This document shows, one piece after another, positions 14,533-25,164 of a DNA stretch of 64,000 nt. Under the pieces are notes generated by a model, which saw nothing but the letters and a program-made list of their open reading frames with translations, was not told the DNA's origin and ran no database searches. The stretch spans positions 11,036,001-11,100,000 of the forward strand of contig CM106585.1 in assembly GCA_048013815.1 (NCBI GenBank). The letters are read 5' to 3'. Made by a program: the position numbers and the translations under genes. Every line of letters begins with the position of its first letter. The stretch's first letter is position 1. The DNA is from Setoptus koraiensis (taxonomy: Eukaryota; Animalia; Arthropoda).

Positions 14533-16204
14533 CGTGTCGTTCGCCAATATGTTGACGATAATAGACGATGGGCCAAGTCCAAGTGCAATTATTATTCCGC
14601 CGTTTGATTTCATACGCACCGGCGGACTGAAAGTCAGGGCGACATTCCGCACATGAGGCGCTAACTGTGCACACTGGCCCGCAGCTATTGCTGTCATAAT
14701 AACTTATTTTTTCCGATCATTACAGAGCTCTCTAGGTTGCCTGCCCAACTCACGATTGCAACTACAATTGCTCTCGATCGCTTTCCAACGGACTCCACAC
14801 TCAAACACTATTTTGGTGCCAGTCCATTCGATTGGCTTTGGTTCCTCAGTGTGATTGTTGTTTCTGTAGAGAGCATCGACGAAAAATTTCTATTTTCTGA
14901 AATGTAGCTTCTCTGCAAATTTCGGCGAAAAACAGTTCTTCTCGGTTGTGTCAACCAGAAAACGAGCCTAACCATGTCCTGATGGCACTTCTATTTGAAT
15001 CAGTGACTATGTTTGGACAAAGCAGACAAGTGACATTGTTCCCGATTCATCAATTAGGATTATTTGTGTTTTTCCGAGAAAAAAACAACAACAACAAACA
15101 CCCAGAATAACTCACCGCTACCACAAAGAGTTTAAAAGTTGCATAACAAATAAACTACGCCATTCAAATTAGAGCTAAATCTATCTAGATACGAGAGCTG
15201 GCCGACGATCCGGGCGAAAACAGTGTACGATGAGTCGAGACAGCAAACTCGCTGGTTTAATCTACTCAAAGTCGGTTCTCGTGACATTCAGACGTCAGAT
15301 TTTTCGTTTTTTTCAGTTTTCGCCAGTCTAAATCTCTTGTTCAGATCATTTTAAATAACTTCGGATCATTTCGAATAATTTCGGATCGCTTTTCGGTTTT
15401 TTCGGATTATGAGATTCGAAAAATGATGGACTGGCGTTCTTCATCGAGATCTAAATGGGAACTCACAATCATACTAAAGAACCGGATAAAGTTATCGATA
15501 AGAGTTCATGAAAAATACCTTCTCTCTAGGTTTTCACAACAGATTCAGTGTTTTCGGTGGGAACAAATGAGCCTCAAAAGACTTATACTAGACAGGTTTG
15601 TCCTGACTTGTATAGACTTTCAACGTTAATACTCTATCGAAAGAACTTTTTTCGGAAGCGATTCTGTTGTACCTAACGATGAAGAAGTGTTTGTGGTGTG
15701 ATTTGTCGTCTGTGTCGCGAAAAAAATGGACGAAAATAGTAATTGGATTCAGCTATGTATGGTTGATGTGCAACTATCAATCAATTTACCAATGCTTCAG
15801 TTGGCAGCTTGAAAGAAGCGGTTTCCTGGTTTGTCTTGCTAAAAAAATAAGCCGCTTGGTTGGTGGCCATTCTGGCCAATAATTGAACTGAACTGAATAA
15901 AGCGACAACAATTACCTCGGGATTTTTCTCCCCCCCCCCCCGACTCTCTCTCTAGATGGGCACCCCTCGATTTTTGCGCACAACCTCTGCACCAGCAAGC
16001 ACTGTCTACTACTAATAATAAACCCCAACTACACACTTAACTATATCTGTTATATATTAGATGTTGCACCTCTGCTAATTCTCTCTTTTATCCCTGTCTC
16101 TCTTTTTATACACTCTCACTACTCTGCTCTCATGTTCGATGCGCTTGTATTTTCAACGCGAAATTGAATTATTATGATTTGATTTATTGTCGTCATACAA
16201 CAAT

Positions 16205-16240
<36 letters not shown>

Positions 16241-19200
16241 ACCGCACTCTTGCACAGGGTATTCCACAAGATATTGTTTGGCACTAGGCCGTCGAAATAC
16301 ACCACAACTAGACAGCAGCAATTGGCTTTGAATCATCGCAATCAGATGTTCAATAGTCAACAATCGTCTACTTCGTCATTCGTTAATTCTCAGCACAACG
16401 TTATCAACCATCAACAACTTCAGCAACAAACTACCAACAACTCTGGCAGCCTCGAATCGTCCACAACAACTACAACCACTAAAAGTACCTCAATTACAGA
16501 GAACAACCAGCAGCAACAGCAGCAGCCAATTATGAGCCAGCGAGCAACAAGCGGTAGCAGTGGCAGGGGTAGCGGAAGTGGAATTTTGGGTACTTTCAGG
16601 GGTGATTCGTTGTCCAGAAACTCTACACTTACAAATATAACAATGGGCCAGACAGCGACAACAACAACAACTACTCCATCGGCGGCGCAAATGGCACCCT
16701 ACCTGAATCATCGTCAGCAGCAGCCCAATGCGGGATCTCTGGCTGCCAAACGTCAGTCGAAGCTTGACAAAGCGAGCACAATCAAAGGTTCCCAGCAAGG
16801 TAGCACCGAATCAGCTACACCTGGTGGCGGCCGATTGCGTCTCTTTTCGAAACGTGCCTCAGAACCCTCCATCAAACACAATCAGTTGCCTCATTTGGGC
16901 GCGAATCAAGCCTCGTCGAATCTAGATAAGACTGTAAGTGCCCCTACTTTCTAGTAACACAACAATCTCCACGAGCATTTATATAGACATCTATAAATTA
17001 TAAATTAATTCTCATTATACTTTACATCTTTTTATCTACTCTACCCTCTTTGCTGATATGCTTTCGCACGCAATCAACAATCAATCGAACTCGATATTTC
17101 AAATAACGAAACATACAAACATCTTGTTGTGATGCATCTTTGGCGCACAAAAAAAAATCCCAACTCAACGATCATCTATTTTCGTATGTGAACCACCTTG
17201 CAATTACGCGATTGCCAACCAACAGTGGTGGTCGCAAACCAATACCACCATGATAATCGAAGAATTTGAACCCGATGTATTCCGTCAACTTATAGAGTAT
17301 ATTCACACTGGATGCGTTTTGTTGCAAGCACGTACCCTTCTAGGTGAGTTGGCATACATGTACATTATAACCATCAATTAATGGAAATTTTCCGAAGCGA
17401 ACTCTTCAAACTCGCCACTGACCCCAGTTGCCTCCATTGAGCAGAAAAGCCCATATAATACAAATAATGCTGAATTAGCATTTAAAACCGGCACGCTCAC
17501 TATTAGTATAGAATAGATAATCAAATAGAGAATCGTATCGAAACAGTTGAATCGATTCCGAAATCTATTTATTTGACTATTCACCACTGATCATGTCCTC
17601 TGATTATATTTTTCAAATGAAATCAGGTTTATTGAATGCCGCTGATTATTACGGTCTGGAGCAGCTTAGGAAGGCATGTTTGCGTTTCGTCACATGCTGC
17701 ATCAATGTCGATACAGGTAAGTGACGCTTGATTGCACACTAATCAATGTACTCGACTAGCAACTAATGTTAATGCCAATCTATTATTTTCATCTGTTGCT
17801 AATGTGTCTTATCTCGCTGTTTTATCTAACAGTTTGCAGTTTGTTATCAACGGCAGAACGTTACATACAATACAAATGCACCAAATCAATTGTACAGAAG
17901 GTAAGCGACTACCACTTCCGCGTTTCGGCAATTCGATCAATATCAGAGATATGACGTAATTATTGATTGCCATCATATTGCCATCATGTGCAATGTTCAG
18001 CAAATAATAACTGTCTCTTCTTCTTTGGTCATATATTTCTCCATGTGTCCTATCTTGCAATCATTACCCGTTATTCACCCCTGACTGTGCGATATGTATA
18101 GGTGCTTGAATTTGTGGATAGTCATGCGAACGAAGTGTTCAAATTGAACGCATTCGGCCTATTGCCCGACCACGTGGTTAGACTGATTTTGGCGAGAGAG
18201 AGCCTGAAAGCGGATGAGCTCATCAAATTCAATGGAGTTCTCACATGGTGCGAGCACTACTGTCGCCAGTATGAATTGACGGACATGGCAGATATCATGT
18301 CAAACTTTTTAGAATTTATTGAATTTCACAAAATTCCCACCTCCGTTCTTGTCAAAGAGATCTATCCCACCGGCCTGGTACCGGATCGCATCTTTTTGAG
18401 CGCGCTCGCCTACCAGGTACGTAATCATGTCAATATTATTAGAAAAAACCATACCTTATGAAGACTCAAACACAGACTGACTGATCGATTCATTTTCTAT
18501 CCAAAGGCGGATCCGTCAAACTTCGAAGCGCCACCTACGAGAAATCGTCGCATGACCCTGCCTAATCCAATAAGTTACAAGGACACGACAGGAGCATCCC
18601 GAATGGACGATGATAACGAGCTCGACTTTGAGCGTGATATTGGCCATGGTGGTCGAACTTCCGCTGCTGGATCAGCACTTCTGTTGTTGCCTAAGAAGGC
18701 CTCTTCCTCGCACGGAGTCAATCCGGTCAATTCAAGCGGAAGTCCATGCCCCTCGAGTGCGGGTACAACCGGATCTTACAGATATTCGCCAATATCTCAG
18801 AGTGGTGCCTATCTTTCGCACAATACCTACAATCACCAATCGTCTTTGCAACAACAGCAGCAGCAACAGCAACAGATTAAGACATCCAAAGGAAGTAAGA
18901 AGAAAATGTTTACAAAAATCAAACAGAGCAAGAGTATATCTAGCGCGGCCCAAATACAATCGTTTCGCGCTGTCTCTAACAGATCGGATGGTCAAATGAT
19001 GTTAGCACAAATACAAGAGCAACTGCAGTCCACTAATGTTTCTTCTGCAATGACCAACAATCAACAATCTAGCCCAGCCGATCAGCAACAACAACAACAA
19101 CAGCAGCAGGAGCCACAGGAGGCACAACCGCAAGCATCGGGCACCCGAAAAAGTTTGAGGGATTTCAGGAATATATCAATTAGGTTATTTAGCAAAGATA

Positions 19201-19262
19201 AATCACAGAGACGACAATTTAAACGTAGCGAGACTGTTATCGAGCAACGTAAACCGCGCTAA
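8308..19262 (+). CDS. gprs: BTB/POZ-BACK domain protein, serine-enriched protein (Drosophila gprs)-like, 7 coding exons, about 2,403 aa
   Basis: Exons 8308-13496, 16258-16933, 17226-17343, 17627-17716, 17833-17900, 18102-18416, 18507-19262. All introns are GT-AG and phases join in frame (7,212 bp). BTB motif YDNKSGLGEDMKFLASLPELCDITFLVGETREPVCAVKSVLAARSRVF...IIEEFEPDVFRQLIEYIHTG; BACK-like LLNAADYYGLEQLRKAC...EFIEFHKIP. Family recognised from memory. The start Met is the first ATG of the long ORF. Confidence 0.9.
10300..10413 (+). repeat. CAA/CAG poly-glutamine tract in gprs-like exon 1
   Basis: 38 codons, all Gln except one Leu. Confidence 0.95.
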
Positions 19263-19963
19263 CACGCTTCAGTTGATTTAGGATGTTTGCGAAGGAATTA
19301 TTCATACATTGCTCATAATTCGTGTGATATTGTTGATATGTTTATCAGTGGTCGAAATATAACTATATCGGTATATCCAGGCCGATTGTATTTGTATAAA
19401 TAATTTGCGCACACTGTGAATAAACCGTCACCGCCTCTTGTCTCTTGTACCGTCACCATGGATCAATGACGATCGTCATCGTTGGAGATATTTTTGCCTA
19501 ACAAAGGGGGATAAATATTGGTTTGGCCATCCGCGATAATAATTGTTGTCTCTTGTTGTGACACTGTTAACAGTTAGTCAAACACCTTATCATTATTGAG
19601 TTATCCAAATATCCGATAGTTATCCAATTTGACAGTCGCACACGATATGACTGCCGAAATACAGTCATGTTTGAGCCAAACAAAATAAAGATAGAAAAGC
19701 ATTGAATTCGAGCCATTTCAGAATCTCTCTATTCGCTACACTTCAATATATTTATTTAACTTATAAATTTCGTTTCTAGCAACAACTCTGAAATGTTTTA
19801 TGCGACAATTTTCCATCCCTTCATGTAGAACTTACGGAAAAACTGGTGGAATATGCGTTCTACCTCTTATTTACCCTGAATTTTTCATTTAATTTCTTCT
19901 TGAGTGCTCCGATGAATTCATCTAAATCTTGATTGGCTGGACACCTTCGGGGATACTTTGGCT

Positions 19964-20040
19964 CGAAAAGCCCTTCTCCTTGAATAAATCATGTTGAACG
20001 AACATATCAACAGGAATTATTCAAGAAGAAGGGCTTTTCG
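19964..20040. repeat. Inverted repeat/hairpin, 24-bp arms (1 mismatch) plus inner 6-bp stem
   Basis: CGAAAAGCCCTTCTCCTTGAATAA ... TTATTCAAGAAGAAGGGCTTTTCG. Confidence 0.9.
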
Positions 20041-20104
20041 AACTCATGCGTATGTGCCCTTTCCTCTTATGAGAGATTCTTCGTCGTTTTCTCATTTGTT
20101 ATTG

Positions 20105-20163
20105 AATGCCAATGAGGAGTTAATCATTTTCTCATTTATAATGATTGACTCATCATTGGCATT
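20105..20163. ncRNA. Candidate pre-miRNA-sized hairpin (59 nt; 24-bp stem, 11-nt loop)
   Basis: AATGCCAATGAGGAGTTAATCATT / AATGATTGACTCATCATTGGCATT, one mismatch and one G-U pair. The structure is seen directly; expression is unknown. Confidence 0.35.
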
Positions 20164-20193
20164 TAATGCCAAATAATTAATGAACATAAATTA

Positions 20194-20370
20194 ATTGACT
20201 GTCAGAAAGAGTCGATTGACTGATAAATAATACCATGGCTGATGAAAAAAACCATATTGACCCCTATATGCGATTAAACTTAAAATCGTCACACATATAA
20301 GGGTTGATATCGTATTTTTCATCAGCCATGGTATTATTTATCAGTCAATCGACTCTCTCTGACAGTCAAT
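20194..20370. repeat. Long foldback, 56-bp arms (1 mismatch) with an imperfectly paired interior
   Basis: 20194-20249 is the reverse complement of 20315-20370. Inner CCCCTATATG/CATATAAGGG also pairs. Confidence 0.9.
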
Positions 20371-20855
20371 CATAATATAACAGCTCAAAATTACTTTCCG
20401 CAATCAGTTTCTGAGGATCTAGATCACGAGAGCTGACAGTCTCGTGAACAGTCTCTCCCTCTTTTTCTCTACTTATCTTTCTTTACTCGCTAGTTCAGGT
20501 GAACTAGCGAGTCAGCCGACGTTATTCAGATCAGATGAGCTGACGCATAATGAGTGCCGCGCGCGAGAGGCCTCTCTAGTTTTTTTTTGTTATCAGGATA
20601 CAGTAGTCCGCTAATGTGGAATTATATTTTTTTTTATTACATTATATGAGTATGGTCCTGTGTTAACGTTCGATATCGTTGTTCTTTATACATGTCGGTT
20701 GATCCAATCCTGAGTCGTATCCATCAAGTTTACAGCAAGTTTGTCAAACAGTCGAGATATCACTCAAATAGGATAGTCCTAACATCCGAGAGAACAATCA
20801 AGTTTCGCATTATTCATCTTAGGCAATCAAGAGATTTAGAAAAACACTACATGCC

Positions 20856-21052
20856 AAATGCCTGCGAGGAAGAAATCATAATTAATGAGAAAAACCAAAG
20901 ACGATCAAACCGGATTGATCATCAAACAAAAAGGCACATACGGTTTGATATGGCCATACATACGGTATGTGCCTTTTTGTTTGATGATCAATCCGGTTTG
21001 ATCGTCTTTGGTTTTTTTTTCATTAATTATGATTTCTTCCTCGCAGGCATTT
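20856..21052. repeat. Long foldback, about 86-88-bp arms, 23-nt loop
   Basis: 20856-20941 is the reverse complement of 20965-21052 apart from an A/T-run length difference. Confidence 0.9.
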
Positions 21053-21546
21053 GTCCCGCGCAGTCCTGTTACATTCACTAGGTGAAGTAACAGGACTAAT
21101 GACTGACCGCATGAGCGTTACTCATTGTGCGATGCTGTGATAGAACCATATACCAAAGGAATGGCGGAGGGTAAAGAATCGAAGATAGCTAAGATTTCAG
21201 GAATATATCAATTAGGTTATTTAGCAAAGATAAATCGCAGAGACGACAATTTAAATATCTATCTACTTTGTTTCTAGCAACAACTCTGAAATGTTTCATG
21301 CCACAATTTTCCATCCCTTCATGTAGAACTTACGAAAAAACTGCCTTACGAGAGAAATTTTCAATGATTGTTTACGACAAAATGAGTATTTTTCAGAATA
21401 ATTTTTTTTTTGAATTCCTCGAATGTCGCAACATTTACTGCTCATGTATATCAAGTGATCTACTCATGATCATCAAATGATGATGTGGCAATATAAAAAT
21501 AGAGCCCCGCAAATGTGGCTCTTTGAAACAAAAAATTTCGATCTGG

Positions 21547-21585
21547 TATAAATAGGGCCGGCGTTTGACTAAATATTGCCATTCG
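21547..21585 (+). promoter_or_regulatory. TATA-box core promoter of the family-1 secreted gene
   Basis: TATAAATAG....GGCG.TTGACTA, conserved with the paralogous promoter at 29771. Confidence 0.6.
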
Positions 21586-21661
21586 AAAAACTGTGATCAA
21601 GTGAAAACTAATGAACAGTAAGACTTATCAAATCAAATAATTGATATAAACCCAGATCAAC

Positions 21662-22729
21662 ATGTCAGTGCAACAAGTATCATTCCTATTATTGATAGTC
21701 GGAGTCGTTGGTTGTTACGCGGCTGAGCTATGGACATCATCGGAGGCACTTTGCAAGGACAGAGTAAAATCTATCGACTCAGTGTCAAAGTTTATAGAAT
21801 TTGCAGACGAGATGGAGCAAACAACAGAAATAGATGGCGAAGCAACAACCAAGATAATCAACGACTGTTTGAACAGTTATGATGGCGTGAAAGATGTGAG
21901 ACGTGTGAAAGAACTAGTTGAGGAACTGCCGACACTTCATTCTGTGTGCGAGTCCGAACCCATCGATAAACTTTCGCATGTTCAATATAAACTCACCGGC
22001 TACTCCACTCGATCCACTGAAACAAAAAAGAACCATGGATTGCAAGAATTCATGACGAAGATATTCGGTCAGGTTATTCGAATCTGCAAAAGAAACCTGC
22101 AGTCAAAATTCCAGGAGGCCGAAGAGTTAGACGAGGCTGTTAAACAAAGCTTTGATGTTGTGGAAAATGATGAAAGTGTTCGTGAAATAGTCAATCAGTG
22201 TACGGAGGATTTCGAGGAATTGTCAGGAGTCGATTTACCAGAGAAGCTAGTCTCAGACACAACGCTTATATATAACTGCGACAGCGGTGAATTTCCATTG
22301 GATACCGAGGAGCAACGAGAAAAGTTTTTGAATCTGAGGCGATCTTGCAGATTGATTGAAAGTTACGAGCAAAACTCAATCCATCCCATTGAGCATTTAT
22401 CTAACATTGGTTTCACGGCCGGAGGCGTCAACAATGTCACAGACGAAAAATTGAAGAGTAGCCAAGTAGTCCAACGCTGGCTCAAAACTGTACAATATTG
22501 TCGAGCTTCACACTTGACAATACTTCCAAGAGATATTTTTGAAGACGAGGTGTTCAAAAATAGGAACTTACCAGCAAAGAGCTTTAAGGTGGCTGATAAA
22601 TTCAATGACATTGAATCGGATCTTCAATGCAACTACAAACCGACATACTACGGATCGGCCGACCATCAATCCGGAATAAGAGGATGGTTCAAGAAAGGTA
22701 TGAACATGCTGAGAGGTAAGCCCTATTAA
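21662..22729 (+). CDS. Secreted Cys-patterned orphan protein, family 1 (355 aa), candidate salivary effector
   Basis: Intronless ORF. Hydrophobic N-terminal signal peptide (MSVQQVSFLLLIVGVVGCYA). Mature Cys at 31, 69, 96, 142, 180, 206, 229, 280, 323. AATAAA about 60 bp after the stop. Confidence 0.85.
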   Translation: MSVQQVSFLLLIVGVVGCYAAELWTSSEALCKDRVKSIDSVSKFIEFADEMEQTTEIDGEATTKIINDCLNSYDGVKDVRRVKELVEELPTLHSVCESEPIDKLSHVQYKLTGYSTRSTETKKNHGLQEFMTKIFGQVIRICKRNLQSKFQEAEELDEAVKQSFDVVENDESVREIVNQCTEDFEELSGVDLPEKLVSDTTLIYNCDSGEFPLDTEEQREKFLNLRRSCRLIESYEQNSIHPIEHLSNIGFTAGGVNNVTDEKLKSSQVVQRWLKTVQYCRASHLTILPRDIFEDEVFKNRNLPAKSFKVADKFNDIESDLQCNYKPTYYGSADHQSGIRGWFKKGMNMLRGKPY

Positions 22730-23126
22730 GCGATGATCAGCATGATATGAAGCTCTTGTTCACATGAAGCGTATGATTTGATATGAATGAATAAAAACAG
22801 AGTTTAAGCATTTTCTGAAGGTGTCGTCTGAAGGTGCCGCTGACGTTTACACAAGAAAACGATCGGATTATTTCTCAGTCAATCGACTCTGTCTGACAGT
22901 CAATCGTAATATAACAGCTCAAAAATACCTTCCGCAATCAGTTTCTGAGGATCTAGATCACGAGAGCTGGCAGTCTCGTGAACAGTCTCTCTCTCTCTCT
23001 CCCTCTCTTTCTCTACTTATCTCTCTTTACTCGCTAGTTCAGGTGAACTAGCGAGTCAGCCGACGTTATTCAGATCAGATGAGCTGACACATAATGAGTG
23101 CCGCGCGCGAGAGGCCTCTCTAGTTA

Positions 23127-24358
23127 TGATGCTGAACGTTTTCAATCGTCGATATCTCGTGAGCGGGATACTGTTTTTATTCGAAATTTTCAATCGAGCC
23201 ACCCTTGTTGTAGTATATATAACGCAGTCTCTTTGGCCAGGCCTTGAGAGCATTATCAATGGTTTTCTGGGGAATCTTGCGCCATTCATACTTTAGAGCT
23301 TTTTTAAGCTGTCGCACATCTCTCGGGTTGTGTTGTCTCACTTTCACAAAAAGATACTTCCAGATGCTATAGTCCAATGGGCTAGCATCTGGAGCATTGG
23401 ACAACCATTTCTGCCATGGCAGATAATTGACTCTGTTGGTTTTTAACCAATTCTGGGTCAATTTAGCCTTGTGAGAGGGGGCAGAATCCTGGTGGAAGAT
23501 GTATCTTCCATCAGGGTATAATCTGGGTAAGTCCTTATAAACGAACGGTTTGAGAATTTTTTCTATGTAAAATTGGGCATTTATCTTGCATTTTGGGGGT
23601 ATAAAGATAAGCTTTGACTTGCCTCTACTACTCACGGCGCCCCAAACCATCACCCCAAACTCACCTTGCAAAGGTTTAACATATTTTGGATAGGGGGCTG
23701 GATCTTCTGGATCCTCATAAAAGAAGTCAGTTTGATTGTTGCAATCCCCTAAAATGAACTTTTTTTCATCGCATGTAATCCATGATTTCCACCTTTCACC
23801 TCTCATTTGTAAGTATAGGGGCCAAGATCTTTGGTGCCTCTGAGCCATGGTTTGGGCAGTTAATGCATGTACTCGTCTCTTTTTCTTCTTTTTCAGTTTA
23901 AAAATTTTGTCCCTGTACCAGAGAATACCCTGTCTCGTCAGACCGAATCGCCTAGATAACTCAGATATGGTTTTGGGGTTCTCTCTTTTCAAAAGTTCTT
24001 TGAGGCGCTTTTGTTGATATTTTGTGAGCCTTCTCGGGCGACGCTTTACAACTTTTTTCTCTTCTTTTTGGGGTGTTTTTCCTATTGAATTCTTAATTGC
24101 AGATATAGAACCTTTGGATACAATGAAATTCTCCTCTTTTAACTCTCTCAGAATGATGGAATATGACTTTCTTTCTTTCAAAAGGGCCTCAATTCGGCCC
24201 CTCCAATAAGCAGTGATAACTTGCCGACCCATTATCACAAATGGACAAAATTTGAAACAAAGAGAAGCAACGTGGCTTGCATATTGCATAGCAACAAGAT
24301 GCAACTTGCCGAGTCATCCCATGCTGGAGATATCGACGATTGAAAACGTTCAGCATCA
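23127..24358 (-). mobile_element. Full-length maT (DD37D) Tc1/mariner-superfamily transposon
   Basis: Perfect 32-bp TIRs TGATGCTGAACGTTTTCAATCGTCGATATCTC (23127-23158, 24327-24358), flanked by TA on both sides. Confidence 0.92.
23177..24232 (-). CDS. DD37D (maT-type) transposase, about 351 aa from the likely ATG
   Basis: Catalytic motifs ITCDEKKF, FHQDSAPSH, APDASPLDYSIW, with 37 residues between the second and third Asp. N-terminal HTH-like basic region. The ORF is uninterrupted. Confidence 0.92.
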   Translation of the reverse strand: MGRQVITAYWRGRIEALLKERKSYSIILRELKEENFIVSKGSISAIKNSIGKTPQKEEKKVVKRRPRRLTKYQQKRLKELLKRENPKTISELSRRFGLTRQGILWYRDKIFKLKKKKKRRVHALTAQTMAQRHQRSWPLYLQMRGERWKSWITCDEKKFILGDCNNQTDFFYEDPEDPAPYPKYVKPLQGEFGVMVWGAVSSRGKSKLIFIPPKCKINAQFYIEKILKPFVYKDLPRLYPDGRYIFHQDSAPSHKAKLTQNWLKTNRVNYLPWQKWLSNAPDASPLDYSIWKYLFVKVRQHNPRDVRQLKKALKYEWRKIPQKTIDNALKAWPKRLRYIYYNKGGSIENFE

Positions 24359-24488
24359 TAACTTACAGTTTTTTTTTGTAGTAACAGGACTAATGACTGA
24401 CCGCATGAGCGTTACTCATTGTGCCATGCTGTGATAGAACCATGAACCAAAGGAATAGCGGAGGGTAAAGAAATCGAAGATAGCTTGA

Positions 24489-25095
24489 ATTTCAGGAATA
24501 TATCAATTAGGTTATTTAGCAAAGATAAATCACAGAGACGACAATTTAAACGTAGCGAGACTGTTATCGAGCAACGTAAACCGCGCTAACACGCTTCAGT
24601 TGATTTAGGATGTTTGCGAAGGAATTATTCATACATTGCTCATAATTCGTGTGATATTGTTGATATGTTTATCAGTGGTCGAAATATAACTATATCGGTA
24701 TATCCAGGCCGATTGTATTTGTATAAATAATTTGCGCACACTGTGAATAAACCGTCACCGCCTCTTGTCTCTTGTACCGTCACCATGGATCAGTGACGAT
24801 CGTCATCGTTGGAGATATTTTTGCCTAACAAAGGGGGATAAATATTGGTTCGGCCATCCACGATAATAATTGTTGTCTCTTGTTGTGACACTGTTAACAG
24901 TTAGTCAAGCACCTTATCATTATTGAGTTATCCAAATATCCGATAGTTATCCAATTTAACAGTCGCACACGATGTGACTGCCGAAATACAGCCATGTCTG
25001 AGCCGAACAAAATAAAGATAGAAAAGCATTGAATTCGAGCCATTTCAGAATCTCTCTATTCGCTACACTTCAATTTATTTATTTAACTTATAAAT
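24489..25095 (+). repeat. About 607-bp duplicate of the gprs last 100 coding bp plus 3' UTR (19161-19768)
   Basis: Near-identical by eye. Partial copies at 21193-21255 and 40646-40880. Confidence 0.95.
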
Positions 25096-25164
25096 ACGGT
25101 CACGAGATGATGCAGACATTGTGTTTCGTTCACCGATTATTATTTGCTGTTGGAATTGCTAAAT

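Larger units (their letters stand above)
19772..20579 (+). mobile_element. Helitron-like non-autonomous module 1 (5'-truncated), internal hairpin cargo
   Basis: Shares a 5' block (19772-19845 matches 21270-21343) and a 3' block (20334-20579 matches 22868-23123) with module 2. Ends GAGAGGCCTCTCTAG|T. Confidence 0.45.
21258..23123 (+). mobile_element. Helitron-like non-autonomous module 2 carrying an intact secreted-protein gene
   Basis: A|TCTATCTACT at the 5' end and ...GAGAGGCCTCTCTAG|T at the 3' end. 28-bp hairpin at 23029-23056 and a (CT)n tract near the 3' end. No TSD. The subterminal palindrome geometry is not textbook. Confidence 0.5.

Noticed and set aside
16187-16257. Poly-Asn N-terminus of ORF 16187
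   Set aside because: An intronic (AAC)n microsatellite upstream of the true acceptor at 16256-16257; the ORF has no ATG start.
19964-21097. CRISPR-like array
   Set aside because: Eukaryotic context; the hairpins do not share a repeat sequence or regular spacing.
23122-24363. Apparent 37-bp TIR for the maT element
   Set aside because: The outer AGT/ACT is not flanked by TA on both sides. The 32-bp TIR with TA duplication explains the site, and the AGT belongs to the CTAG|T end of the adjacent module.
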